A DNA stretch of 55,768 nucleotides from Octopus bimaculoides (GCF_001194135.2 NC_068992.1:44062554-44118321); one strand, 5' to 3'; shown: positions 39,236-52,156, counted from the first letter of the stretch. The notes: generated from the letters alone by a model not told the origin. Made by a program: numbers and translations.

Positions 39236-40482
39236 ACCCATATAAAGAATAATGGTATTTATTACTGAACTATTTCCAGAAATTTCTCACAAAGTTTATA
39301 TTTACTAGCGGGACCCGTGAATATTTCACAGAATTAATTGTAAACCTATTGAGTTATTCCTGAAAACTTTATTCCAAAAGCCTAAAAGCGTAGCCCGTGT
39401 TGTGTCTGTCTGAAGAGACAGTTGCTCATCTGCTAATCAGTGAAAAGTGAAGGAAATTGGAATACGATGATAACTTAATGCACTTTATATATAAACTTTA
39501 TATATACTTTATGCACAAAAAGTAGGTAGCACCGTCTCTCCCTCGCATCCATTTTCTCAAGAACAGTACTTGCTCTGTTATACCATTTACCGCAGCTGCT
39601 TTCGTCCCATTTCTTCTGTTTATAATCTCCTCAGTTTTAAAGAAAATATGTTCATCCATTATTTTTCTCTTTATCTACAGCATATCTTGCTCCTACCATA
39701 CTTTGTGCACATTCTTATCGTCTATTTGTGCGTGTGCATATATTTTAAATGTAATTAAGCTTGAATCAAATTAACAACAGCATTAAGTAGAATTAAAGTA
39801 AAACTTACAAACTTGGAGCTTTCTATTAAATAGGAAAAATCGTTATTTTCTTATGCAGGTATCTTAATTAAAGCTATCAAGATTTAAATTTATAAAAATA
39901 GACAAAGAGAATATTTAGGAACCTCAGCAGGTAAAACATAGTTACAAACCGGGAAGAGAATGCAAGTTCATACTGACTCTACACACTTTTGTCGGTAGCA
40001 ATAGATCACAAAAAGGCGCCCATTCTGATTATTATCAGTTTAAGACATCTAAGTTATCAATTCTCAAGGACACTCACACACGTACGCGAATCGATAGTTT
40101 TTAAGTCAATTTCTATTTATCTAATTTTGAATATTCTCGCGAAGTACTCAGTAGTACTTGTTTAACCTTAGACCAGTCCTGATCAACAAAATCAATAATT
40201 AGGTAACTGAACTGTCGGCATCCTAACTTTTTTTTTTAATATATTTCAGCAACAACAGTCTGACAATTAACTACACGGACGTGCCCTAGGAATTAAGTAG
40301 TTAAGTACAGTGACGATGCACAAATTTGTTCAGCAATTCGGTAATGAATATTCGTATAGAAATTATTGGTACATCTAAGTAATCCCCAAAGATGTAGCAT
40401 TTAACAAATTAATGTATCTAACACACACACGCGCGCGCACGATATAATATATATATATATACATAAATGTATGAATATATAG

Positions 40483-40918
40483 TATCTTCTACTATAGCCC
40501 AGGGCTGGTCAAAGCCGTGTGAGTGGATTTGGTTGATGGCTGTGTGGTAAGAAGCTTGCTTTACAACCATATTGTTCCGGGTTCAGTCCTACTGCGTGAG
40601 ACCTTGGGCAAGTGTCTTCTACTATAGCCTCGGGCCGACCATTGGCTTGTGAGTGGATTTGGTAGACGGAAACTGAAAGAAGCCCGTCGTATATATGTAT
40701 GTATATTTATGAGTGTTTGTCTTTGTTCCTGTGTTTGTCTTCCCACTATCGCTTGACAAGTGATGTCGGTGTGTTTATGTCCTCATAAAGTGACCGATAG
40801 AAGTACTAGGCTTACGAAGAATAAGTCTTAGGGTTGATTTTTCGACAAAAGCCCGTTAAGGTCTGGCTCCAGCATGGCCGCAGCCAAATGATTGAAACAA
40901 GTGAAAGAATCAAAGAAT
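40483..40918 (+). mobile_element. SINE family 2 copy preceded by a partial tandem duplicate and followed by a tail segment
   Basis: TCTTCTACTATAGCC...TGTGAGTGGATTTGGT occurs twice (about 40483 and 40615); head TGTGTGGTAAGAAGC...GGGTTCAGTCC. Confidence 0.8.
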
Positions 40919-40921
40919 GTG

Positions 40922-40970
<49 letters not shown>

Positions 40971-41176
40971 CTGCTTGTCCCCTACCACTGCCGGGCAACT
41001 GGCGTTGATGTGTTTACGCCCTCTTAACCTAGCGGTTCGGCAAATGAAACCAATATAATAAGAACCATGCTTTTAAAAAGACGTACTGAGGTCGACTAAT
41101 TCGACTAAAAATTCTTCAAGATGGTGTCCCTGCTTGGCTGCTGTCTAATAACTGAAGCAAATACAAGATAAAAGAT

Positions 41177-41270
41177 ACATACATACATACATGTATGTAT
41201 GTATGTATGTATGTATGTATGTATGTATGTATGTATGTATGTGTGTATGTATGTATGTACCTATGTATGT
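41177..41270. repeat. (CATA)n-(TGTA)n self-complementary microsatellite
   Basis: Direct reading. Confidence 0.95.
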
Positions 41271-42179
41271 AATAAAATAATGAAATGCAGTGGAAAATTA
41301 GTGAATATATTATATGATGTAAATATATTCATAAGTACGTAGTAAAAGTTAAGATGTGGTACTTTTAATATTTCTCTGGATTGCAGAAGAGTGATTGTTC
41401 AATTTGGGCGATCATTTGTATCCTGGCACAATATATTCCTTTTTGACGGATGGCTGTATGAAACGGAAGGCTGTTAAACTATAGAAATATTTCAGCTACT
41501 TACTAATGTTATAGCGATTTCTCTTCAACACTTTTTCATGATTGTTCTGTTTTTTGTTTTTTATCCCGAAAATAATTTACGACACGGGAAAACTTGATCG
41601 AATAAAGTTAACTTTCATTAAAAGCTGATGAACTAACGAGTGAATCTCTACTGGAGCGATCTATCAGCTAGGAACAGCAACCAATGCCCCCTAGTCAAAG
41701 CCTTCAATCTTAATAAGGAAGGACACGTTAGACAATTATATACGAAAAGACGGTGTTGTCAAGATTGGAACGTCTTTTGTTGTATAACTGCTTGATTAGA
41801 TCTGACTTGAGTTTAAGTAACAACACAATAGCGACAACAAAAATAGCTAATGAGACGCCAGAGATAAGAACACTTCTGTCACAGAGTATTGATCTTCAAA
41901 TGAAATTATTTCGTATACAAGTTGCAATGTTATAATACTACTGAATTCTCCAGATGTATAGAATTTCATAGATTAATTCCATTTGAAAGTAGTAATTATT
42001 TTACGTCATTTTATTTATGACGCCTTACCATTTCGACTAAAATGTCGTCTCTATGTTCAAAACGAACATTTTCGGGGTTACTTAAATCGTAGCCGTGAAG
42101 ACAATGCAGTGAAAGTAGGAATAATTTTAGAAAAAAATATACATTGTAAGAAATTGTATTTTTTTTTCACGAATTCACG

Positions 42180-43158
42180 ATGGAATATCCCCAGGAAGAA
42201 GATCTAGCGGATTTGGGAGGGGAATTATTCATCAAAGAGGTGCCTAAGGAAACGTCAAATAGCTTAGTGGTTTTAAGAAAGGCTGGTGAATTATGTGATG
42301 CCGTGATCCAAGTAGGTGATGAAAAAATACCTGTTCACCGTGTTATATTAGCTGCTGCCTGCCCCTATTTTCGAGCTTTGTTTACAAACAGTAAGTTTGA
42401 ATCCGACCGTCATACGGTCAATATTACTGATATATCGGCTCCGATTATGGGCAAAATTATCGATTACATGTATACAAATGCTTGTAATATTGATGATGAA
42501 AATGTAAGTGACATTTTGATTGCTTCAGATTATTTGAACATGACTCATCTACAAGACCTCTGCTGCGATTATTTATCATCGAAAATTTCTATTTTTACCT
42601 GCATCAATATAGAAAACTTTGCAAAAAAATATTTCTGTGAGAAGCTCCGACAGAACGCGCATAAATTTATTTTGCATAACTTTACTAAAGTTTACACTGG
42701 CTCTGAAGACTTTCAACTACTAGATGACACTTCACTTCATGAAATATTAAGCTCGGAAAAACTGAATATTAAGTCGGAAGAGATTGCTTTTGAAGCTATC
42801 ATAAAATGGATTGATTATGATCCACTGAATCGAAAATGTCATATTGCTAAACTGTTACGAAATGTACGTCTGGCACTTTTGACAACCAATTATTTTGTGG
42901 AAAAAGTTAAAGTACATCCATATGTTCACGAGAACAAAGACTGCAAATCTCTTGTTATTGAAGCGCTGAAGATTCTATACGATTTAGATATCAATGAAAA
43001 TAATTTAGTAAATGACAATATTAGTATTGCACGACCAAGGCTGCCGTATGAAATCATCTTCGTTTTTGGTGGCTGGAGCGGTAGATATGCAACGAATCTA
43101 ATGGAAACATATGATTCTAGAGCAAATCGCTGGATGAAATGTAAAGGAGTAAAATCTG
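42180..43158 (+). CDS. KLHL10: Kelch-like protein 10-like, coding exon 1 (BTB, BACK, start of Kelch 1)
   Basis: ATG in strong context (acgATGG) after in-frame stop at 42147. BTB LCDAVIQV..HRVILAAACPYFRALFT, BACK domain, then RPRLPYEIIFVFGGWSG (human KLHL10 RPRLPYAILFAIGGWSG). Donor TCTG|GTATGC, phase 1, gives the same 10-residue W-to-RAYHG spacing as KLHL10. Confidence 0.96.
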
Positions 43159-44199
43159 GTATGCAATAAGATTATATAATATTCTTAATTCTTGGCAAAA
43201 AGAGTTTTGATTTTAAAGGCTGATATATTAGACATTTCCATAGACCTCAGAACTAATTCTTATAAGCTCTTCCTTAAGCGTAACGAGAAACTTAAATATA
43301 TTTATAAGCATTTCTATCATCTGCTAATTGTATTTAAAAACTTAATTTCAAACATTAGCTGTAGGATCACATGCTTTTCTTTTTCTAAAGAAATATTTGA
43401 TTAAGCTGCCCCATATTATAAAAAGGTTAGCGGATTAACTAATAAAATCTTTTACAAAACCCCTACCTCCTCTTTCATCTAGTCGTAAGACTAGGCCTCA
43501 GAAAGTTTTATGACTCACTTTCCTGTTTCTTCCTTAATGTTAGGACAAACGCAGGTAGAAGATACCCGCACTTAGTAAATATTCACTTTCCAAGAACCTA
43601 TAGATAAAATAAGATCTATGACACACGTTAAAAATTGCTTTTCCTTGTCCTCCCCACTTCCTCCTAATATAATGACCTGTATTAATAAACAACTGACGAC
43701 TCAAACCTGCCCTGGATGCACATGTAGAAACAAATTTAAATATGCTCTAAGGCAAAAATGTTATATATCTTCCATTGTTTATGACGCACGGGTATAAACG
43801 AATTATGACAACGGTCGAACAGAAATCAAGCATTGAATCAGATCAGTAGGTTTTATATCTAGATATAACAATCATCTTTCGATTTTAATACACCGTGAGA
43901 AGAGATATTCAGCAACCCTCTCGCCTTTAATCTGGAAGCTTAAAGTTGAAAGGATGAACTATGACATAAAATGGAAATTCTTTTCCAAAACTAGGCCCGA
44001 TATTAACATGTGAAAAAGAGGTTCAATATGATCCCTTGAAAAACTATATCTCTTAAGGAACTTAAGAATATCGAACGACTCTGTAAATCCCAGGAATGAG
44101 ATTTTCAGTAATACATCTTTGCGGAATTTAAAGTTAGGCCACCAAACACATCGTGAACAATTCATATCATGTTTATGTTCTTTTCACGTTGTTATAACG

Positions 44200-44440
44200 T
44201 TGGTTATCTCCCCTGTATTTTTATTTCTATTTCTTTCTGTCTTCTTCCTTATAAGCGTTCTCTGTTCAAACGTCATCTGCTTTGAATGCAATTGACAAAC
44301 AGTCTTGTTCTCAACTTGAAAATGACAAAATAAATTAATATTTCGGTGACAAAACCCTGGGTAGCTGCATTTCACATGCCTTATGGCTTTCCTTAACTGA
44401 TCGAGCAATATTCTACTATTCTCGGCGGCCCTGGAAAATC
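44200..44440 (-). mobile_element. Possible decayed hAT (Buster/Charlie-like) transposase C-terminus
   Basis: LRKAI..SYPGF...VENKTVCQLHSKQ loosely matches recalled WLQKAI..YPAL..VERGFS.V.QLLSKQRNRL. Confidence 0.3.
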
Positions 44441-46295
44441 TATCTAGTTGTACCAGTACAACTAGCCAGAACAACATGCGAAGGAGATCTCAGTATAGCT
44501 AGTGGGATGTCCTTTTCTGTACCAAGCACCTGAAGTGACACAACCTGCTCTGTTTGATGCAACACAGCTAGAGGCATGATATCCAACTCTGAAGCAGGGG
44601 CCAGCTTTGATCTCCTGACTTTTGAGACGACCTTGACCAACCGTCCCTACTACCATCAAAACACACNNNNNNNNNNNNNNNNNNNNNNNNNNNNNNNNNN
44701 NNNNNNNNNNNNNNNNNNNNNNNNNNNNNNNNNNNNNNNNNNNNNNNNNNNNNNNNNNNNNNNNNNNNNNNNNNNNNNNNNNNNNNNNNNNNNNNNNNNN
44801 NNNNNNNNNNNNNNNNNNNNNNNNNNGTGTGAAGACATGTGTAATTACAATTCTTGTGAATCTCTTTTACATCAACAGAATAACTATCCGTTCTACGAAA
44901 ATAATACTGTTCAACGTTAAAGCAAATATATACGTCAATATAATTAACATTATGAAAAAAATAATCTTCAATCAAGATATTTTCTATCGGGGAAAGGATT
45001 TTATAATGCGATACGACAGCTTATAATTATGCTCTTTCAAGTAAATGCAACGAAATTAATTCAAAGAGAATTTGAAATAAATATTAACTTCTAACATCTA
45101 CTTACCCGATTTTTAGTTCCACTAGTTTTCTGAAAGTAATATTGTTCTGAGTCTTTTCTAATTAAATAAAGTCGTTAATCGTAAGAGTTTCTCACCTGGT
45201 AAGTTTATATTTAGAAACAACAGCTGCACACCATCAAAATTCAGATCAAAAGATAACTTACTGAACTGTTAGTAATAAGTTTACAGCATGACATATGCGT
45301 TTTAACTGGACGCTCTAAAATTGTCATTATAAGAATTCTAACAATAACTGGCAACTAAAGGATTAAATTTAGTCAGTTGTGACGATTGACTCCTCCCACA
45401 TGCCGCATGTTCATCATATCCAGGTGTATGTTACACCAATGAAGTTGAAGGAAAGCTTGAAAAGCAATGAATAGGCGTTATTTGCAGGATTCACAAGCAA
45501 CTCTGAAGAACCAGTTTTTGCTGATTGTGCATCAGTTCTAATAATATACAAAAGCATGTTGTATTGCGGTTTGAAATTGACATCAATATTTAAAAAAATT
45601 ATAAAATAAACCCCTGCAATTTAAAAATTAATTTGGAATTAATCAAATATTTCTATATATGATATTGTTTTGAACATGGAAATAAAAAAATCTGGAAATT
45701 ATCTCATCATTAATAATCATTTTGACGTATTTAAGTAGCATGCCATGAATTGTGAATTAGTGCCAAACGGAGACAAAAGTAAGGGAATCTATCTCTTCTT
45801 TCACAGAGTTCGGCAGAGTATGGTCACGCTGGTTTTTTTTTTTTTTAAATATATGCTTAGATGAATTGATAGTTTAGGAGGAGAATAGAAGCCCTATCGG
45901 TATCATCTTCCTGAAAAGGATTAATACAATATGCTTGAAAGATCTGAATTGGTTCTTCAACTCAGTATTTCGGAATCCCCCCGTTCTTCTGTATAGCGTA
46001 CACCAGATTTTCTGGCTAATTTCAACAATATAATAATTTTTGTAAATATAGCAGATAAACAATGCCAACGTAAAAGTGAATGCCAAGTGGAAGTGAACTC
46101 ATGTCTTCTTTGTTGACACCTCGGTGTAATTAAACAATTTTCATTCGCTTCTGCATTGGCTTTGTATATATGTATACACAGAAACTGTCAAATCTAAACA
46201 TACAGGTCAATCCTAGTCTAATAAACCCTAAAAACAGAAATACAGATCGATGGTACTGTAATAGTTGGTATATTTTGGACTATTGAATTACCGGG

Positions 46296-46509
46296 CTAAT
46301 ATTGGTTTCAAATTTTGGCATAAGGCCAGTAATTTCGGGGGAGTAGGTAAATCGATTTCATTGACCTCAGTGCTCAAGTGGTACTTATTTTATCGCGTCC
46401 CAAAGGATGAAAGACAAAGTCGACCTCGATGGTATTTGAACTCAGAACGTAAAGACGGACGCTAAGCAATTTACCAGCGTGCTAACGATTCTTCTAGCTC
46501 GCCGCCTTA
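46296..46509 (-). mobile_element. SINE family 1 copy, full length, in KLHL10-like intron 1
   Basis: Reverse complement AAGGCGGCGAGCTAGAAGAATCGTTAGCACGC...GCCAAAATTTGAAACCAAT. Confidence 0.9.
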
Positions 46510-46690
46510 TACTGGGCTAATATTGATCCACAGTAACACTAGGCTAATCCGATGTTACAGTGACACTAGGATAATATTGAGCCGTCGAAATATTGCGCTC
46601 ATTTGCGATCCCCAGTAATACTGGACTTATCCTGAACTACAGTAACATTAACATAACGCTGACCCCTAGTAATATTACCTTTTATAATAA
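46510..46690. repeat. Decayed ~27-bp minisatellite
   Basis: Units ACTGGGCTAATATTGATCCACAGTAAC, ACTAGGCTAATCCGATGTTACAGTGAC, ACTGGACTTATCCTGAACTACAGTAAC and similar. Confidence 0.75.
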
Positions 46691-47142
46691 TGAGCGACTA
46701 ATGAAAGGGTATTATTACACAAATGTAATACTGTCTTAAAATTAGAGTACACTGACACTGTACCATAGTAATACTGAAACGATGTGTCTCAGAGTAATCC
46801 TGGGGATATAATGAAGTCGACATAGAGCCGGACAATCGACTGAACAAGCGATGTTGCTACTCTCCAACACCACTTTACAACGCCCATGAATATAACATTC
46901 ACTTTAATTATAAGTATCGCGAATTTAGTGCTGAATAAAACCGTAGACAGTGGAAACAGTGCATTATTGACAAGTGTGTCATTAGCTCATAATTAATTTA
47001 AATTTTCCACTTGAGTCGCTTGGAGAAGTAGATTGGCTTTCTCTTGATAGATACTCTTCCCTGGTGCACCAATGAGTCAGGGTATTTACAAATATAGACA
47101 CAAAAATGATATGAAATAATGTATTATATTTGTATCTTACAG

Positions 47143-47290
47143 ACTTCCGAGCCTATCATGGATCGTGTGTTCTAGACAGATATGTTTATATAATTGGTGG
47201 CTTTGATGGCATGGAGTACTTCAATAGTGTACGCTGCCTGGACACAACATCGCAAGAGTGGAAAGAAGTAGGACCAATGCACAACAGAAG
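47143..47290 (+). CDS. KLHL10: KLHL10-like coding exon 2 (Kelch 1-2)
   Basis: Acceptor CTTACAG|AC, phase 1. DFRAYHGSCVLDRYVYIIGGFDGMEYFNSVRCLDTTSQEWKEVGPMHNRR. Donor AAG|GTTCCA, phase 2, is required to join exon 3 as RRCYVS. Confidence 0.93.
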
Positions 47291-47349
47291 GTTCCATTTT
47301 TCTAATATAAATTCATGTATGTGTGGGCGTGCGTGTATGCCTAGTTTTT

Positions 47350-47940
47350 TTTCTCACAATTCACCGACCTTCACCTCAGAGCTTTATGAGTGTTACATCC
47401 ACGATTGTATCAATGCTCCCTCCTCCTCGTCCAACTCAGCATCTTCGCCTTTGCTGTCAACTCATTTTGCACTCTTTCTTACAAGTGATGTCCATTCTGA
47501 ACTTCGCTGCTACCACCAGTTACCTCTCCTCACCATCACTCGTCTTCACTTAGACTCTACCGACTCCTAACTCGACCTTACCTCACTCATATCTACATTC
47601 TCATAACATGCCTTACTTACCCTTTTCCTCTCACTTATCACCTCTCCATTCTGTCCCTTCAATATTTTAAGCTATGCACATCTTGAATCCTCCAAACAAG
47701 ACTACCAACACCCCACGGCCAACCATCTCCATTAAACGTGCCTCCCTCACTACTCTTCTTACCGGGTCCAATCATCATTATCAATTACAGCTTCAAATGT
47801 CGGATAAACTGGACAAGGCTAGCCTAACCACTTACCGAACACTGGCAAGACATCAGTTCTGCAATGATTGCTGTTGCTCGACAATTTTGCTCTGCAGATC
47901 ACTCCACCTGTGTTCAATGTAGCCCTGTACAAAGGTTCCC
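47350..47940 (+). mobile_element. Decayed Penelope-like element (RT and GIY-YIG fragments) in KLHL10-like intron 2
   Basis: CYIHDCINAPSS resembles RYIDDCIGAAS; STDS*LDLTS resembles PTDSHSYLDYTS; TRLA*PLTEHWQDI..VARQFCSADHS resembles RRLADRFTEH..VARHFN..DHS. Confidence 0.6.
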
Positions 47941-48212
47941 ATTCTGTGCCAACGTGAACAGATAATCATTTTAACTCTTCAAGCTTTCAAACATAGACTC
48001 AGCAGTTACACTCTTTCATCAAATACGTATATCATCACCACCCACTTACTTGAGCATAACACACACACACACACATATAGACACTTCCAAACACATACGC
48101 ACCATAGAACACATACCACCAAACACACACTCTCACAAAACTACTACCCTTTCTCCGTACACACCAACCCACGGCAAAATCTTACACTCTAGGAAACTTA
48201 CTATCTGTAGGT

Positions 48213-48214
<2 letters not shown>

Positions 48215-48287
<73 letters not shown>

Positions 48288-48300
48288 GAGAGAAGGGGAG
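48215..48300. repeat. (GA)n microsatellite
   Basis: Direct reading. Confidence 0.97.
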
Positions 48301-48594
48301 AGAGTAGGGGAGGGAATAACTGGAAAATAAGAAAGGGGGTAGGATGGGAAGAAAAGCTACGAGATGGTTGGCTGTATGTATGGATGACGAGATTGTGGAT
48401 GGATGGATGTTAGTTGGATGAGTAGATATAGATTAATGGATAGATATGGGTGGATAGGAATATTTAATTAGCTTCTTGTAGATAATGCCCGTTTCTTTGT
48501 CGTTAATCTCCACATGAATTGGTTTGTAGATATAATCTATTCTTGATAGAATTAGCAAGTGGTTATAATATTAATGCACCTGGTGCTTGAATGA

Positions 48595-48632
48595 TATCTC
48601 TCTCTCTCTCCATCTATCTCTTTCTTTCTTTA

Positions 48633-48667
<35 letters not shown>

Positions 48668-48830
48668 ATTTCTCTCTGTTTCTCTATATCTGTACCTCTC
48701 TTTTTGTATACATTTTTATACAAATATGTATGTATACATGTGTATGAACGCATGTATGAGTGTGTGTATGTGTGTGCTTGTGTTGTGCGCGCATGCGTAT
48801 GTGCATGCGCGTGTGCGTATACATTATAAT
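48595..48830. repeat. (TC)n then TG/TA-rich low-complexity tract
   Basis: Direct reading. Confidence 0.93.
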
Positions 48831-50492
48831 GCAATGTATGAATATATTTATGTTTAACGATATCCAGGACTACATTTTTATTTTTCCTCTATTATTTTCC
48901 ACTTTTTTTTTATTTCTAATCTCATACATCTCTTTCCATCTCTCTGTCTCTCCCCCTCCTGCTCTCTCTCCCTTTCTCCCTCTCTCCTGCTCTCTCTGGC
49001 TCCACCTCTCTCTCTTTCAAACTCTGAAACGGAAATTTTAGACTCAAATGATATTGTCACAAATCTGGTGATTGTGCTGCCATTGCAAGACACTTGAACA
49101 AATCTAAAGATACGTCTTTTAATGATGAAAAGTTCTTTGTTCTAGTTGTTAGTCTCATACAATAGATGAAGCAGTTTTCCGTTATTTTCTCTCCTGTTGA
49201 CAGTGTGAGTAATGGCCGAAGTTGATTTGTTTTGTCTCAGAGATAGGTGGGTCTGGTTACATGAAGTTAGTTTAATGACCTGTTTCAATGAAACTAATGA
49301 AACATTTAAAAGGAATTCTAATATATATACATCAGAGCAGTCCTGAACGCTACTGGTAACATGTAACCCAGTAGAACCTGTTGCATGGTGGAGGGTGATT
49401 GTTGGACACCCTGCGGGACGAAAAATAAAACCTGTCAAAAGGGCGGAGGAGCTCATGAGTAGTCAACAGCCATCCAATAATATGTATATGTATATACAGT
49501 TTTATCTTATTTTATTTATATTTTTAACTTAATGTATTTAATTTCATATATTAGGGGACAGATGGGGCTCCTAAATCATGGTGAATGTATCCCCTCTAGG
49601 AGATGGAAACTCTGATATAAAACCGGGTCTTTGATTACAGATCTCCGTAACAGGGCTGTAATATCAGTAAATTCATAGGGTAGACGAGGCTCTCCAGCTT
49701 GTTTATAGCGGCTTGCCTAGGAGATGGAAACATCTGAAGAAAAAGCCCGAGGTGTGTTGTTCTTGGTACTCTGGCACATATGTACGCCATATTCTTGCTA
49801 TCACCACTTCCAAAATGTGTGGCTGGTTCTACACAAGCTTTCAACACTCAAATCAAATCATATGTGTGGGTTTTCTGACAACTTACATTTATTCATTCAA
49901 TACTTCACAACTCCAACTTGCAAAAACAAAAAGTCTTCTGGCGAGAGAGTGAAGGGGGCACGGACAGGTAAAAGATATCACTAGAAGTCTCTTGCTGGAT
50001 CTCAACATTCAACAGTAAAAGTACCAGTAATATATTGATGTTGATTGATTCGCCTATACTCACATTTTTGCAAAGTGTATCTCTGCGAGCTCGTACTTTC
50101 GAAACAGGTACTCTGTGAGGGAGACAAGGAATAAAATATATTGAGCCATAGTAGCGATGAAGGAGCTCTCAAATAATTAGTGAGTTTGGAAGTAACTTTA
50201 AAATTGGCCGAAATATGAGGAAGAGTAAGTTACGTTTGAATGACTGATATAGAAATTATGTACCCGTATAGAAGCACGGATTCAGGATTGAAATTATGTT
50301 CGAAATTGAAAGGGAGAGACCCAACTCCGATTCAAAATAAATCTTTTCGCAGAAATGGATTAAAAGCAAATTTCCTTAGTATGTCGTGATGAAAAGATAT
50401 AAAACTGAGAATGGAGTGGACAGAATATGGAATTAAATGAGATACGGATCATGTTCTACTTTTAATACGTGTATAATATTACTGGATGAGAT

Positions 50493-50730
50493 GTGGAAGA
50501 ATCGTTAGCACGCCTGGCAAAAGTGCTTAACGTCTTTACGTTCTGAGTTCAAATGCTACCGGAATCGACTTTGCTTTTCATCCCTTTCGAGATCGATAAG
50601 ATAGGTACCAGTTGAGCATTGGGATTGATGTAATCGACTCAGCCTGTGCCCCGTGCCAAAATTTGAAACCAATATAAAATATTACTAAGGTGGTTTGCTG
50701 GCAGAATCGTTTGCACGCCGGGAAAATGCA
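50493..50730 (+). mobile_element. SINE family 1 copy plus a second truncated head (50686-50730) in KLHL10-like intron 2
   Basis: GAAGAATCGTTAGCACGC...GTCTTTACGTTCTGAGTTCAAAT...GCCAAAATTTGAAACCAAT, then GCTGGCAGAATCGTTTGCACGCCGG. Confidence 0.88.
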
Positions 50731-50831
50731 TACATACATACATACATACATACATGTATAAGATACAAGAGCGGAAACGTATGAACGTATTTATAACGAT
50801 ATAAATGTTACATTATTACTCTTTACAACAG

Positions 50832-51001
50832 ATGTTATGTCAGTGCAGCTGTGTTAAACAATGAAATCTATGCTATCGGGGGTTATAACGGAGTGGTAAG
50901 GCAGAAAACAGCCGAACGTTATAACAAGGAAAACAATCAGTGGACTTATATAACTTCAATGAATAGCGCCCGGAGTGATGCCGCCGCGACAGTACTTCGG
51001 G
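50832..51001 (+). CDS. KLHL10: KLHL10-like coding exon 3 (Kelch 3)
   Basis: Acceptor CAACAG|A, phase 2. CYVSAAVLNNEIYAIGGYNGVVRQKTAERYNKENNQWTYITSMNSARSDAAATVLR. Donor G|GTAAGT, phase 1. Confidence 0.95.
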
Positions 51002-51324
51002 GTAAGTATACAAAGTTCATTTTACACTTTATACTGATACACATTGTAGAAATAGTAACAGAAAATAATGGGTAGAAGACAGGTGACCAATATATTTCGT
51101 CCGGCGATAGGAACTTTAATGATGTTGAAGTAAATATAGTTTATTCTGATTCCATACGGTTTAATTATTTTATTGTGAAGGATACAGGGAAACGAATAGA
51201 ATCTACATATTTCAACAAAGACTTTTACTCATCAAATTGATGTATCATAAAATGACCTAATAATTATCTTAAAACTATTTCTGTGTACCCTGGCAGTATA
51301 TATTTATTCCTTCGGTTTTTACAG

Positions 51325-51596
51325 CGAGAATATACATTTGTGGAGGTTTTGATGGAATTGAAATCTTCAGCTCAGCTGAATATTACTGTCCAATTACTGA
51401 CCAATGGACCATGATAACTCCAATGAGAAACTTAAGGAGTGGTGTCAGTGTTGTAGCCCATCAGGATTTTGTGTACGCACTTGGCGGCTTTAATGGAGTG
51501 ACTCGCATCAATAGTGTCGAGAGATATAGTCCTAGTAGCAATTCGTGGCAAACCATACAAGAAATGGATACTCCTAGAAGTAACTTTGCAGCTGTG
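51325..51596 (+). CDS. KLHL10: KLHL10-like coding exon 4 (Kelch 4-5)
   Basis: Acceptor TTTTACAG|CG, phase 1. ARIYICGGFDGIEIFSSAEYYCPITDQWTMITPMRNLRSGVSVVAHQDFVYALGGFNGVTRINSVERYSPSSNSWQTIQEMDTPRSNFAAV. Donor GTG|GTAAGA, phase 0. Confidence 0.95.
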
Positions 51597-52115
51597 GTAA
51601 GAAATTTATATTACTTTTACTGAAGATATTTATGTAATTTACCATCAAGATTTTTATCTTATTTCCTTGTCAATTTATCCAATGAAATATTAAAAAAAAT
51701 CGAATTAACCTAAGATGATCGCTTTACAACGACATGGTTTCGATCGGATCTCATTGAGCAGTACCTTGGGCAGGTGGTTTCTTCCATTGTCTCAATCAAG
51801 TAAAACATTACGAATAAAATATAGTTAACAGAAAATGAGTGGAAGTCTGTCGGAAAGACGTTCCTGTTCATGAGTGATAAACTTAATCCATGGCCCAGAT
51901 TGACACTAGCGCTTCATTTTTGAGTGGCTTTAGATGTCATTATTAGAGTTCATTTTATTACAACCATTCCGACTCCGGTCTGAGGGCACCTTCCCTTTCT
52001 TGACTAGTACAGGAGTTCCTGAAAAGATCAGAGCATTACTCTTCGATCTCTGTCGAAATTATTACTCCCTACTACTCCATATGTCAAATTCTATTATCGT
52101 ATATTGTCAAGATAC

Positions 52116-52156
<41 letters not shown>

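Noticed and set aside
42180-42194. Possible acceptor CCCCAG| at 42194, making exon 1 internal
   Set aside because: ATG 42180 has a strong context and an upstream in-frame stop; cannot be fully excluded without transcripts.
43141-43158. Alternative KLHL10-like exon 1 donor GTAAAG at 43141
   Set aside because: Same phase, but it removes six residues and breaks the spacing to RAYHG seen in KLHL10; 43159 preferred.
43959-44659. Minus-strand ORFs 43959-44165 and 44440-44659 as a nested antisense gene
   Set aside because: No recognisable domain or splice structure; partly explained by a possible hAT relic.
46510-46830. Regularly spaced repeats as a CRISPR-like array
   Set aside because: Eukaryotic intron, units are adjacent with no unique spacers, and no cas genes.
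49350-49760. Duplicated CTAGGAGATGGAAAC resembling an RTE-LINE 5' UTR
   Set aside because: No adjacent ORF motifs; assignment rests on vague recall.
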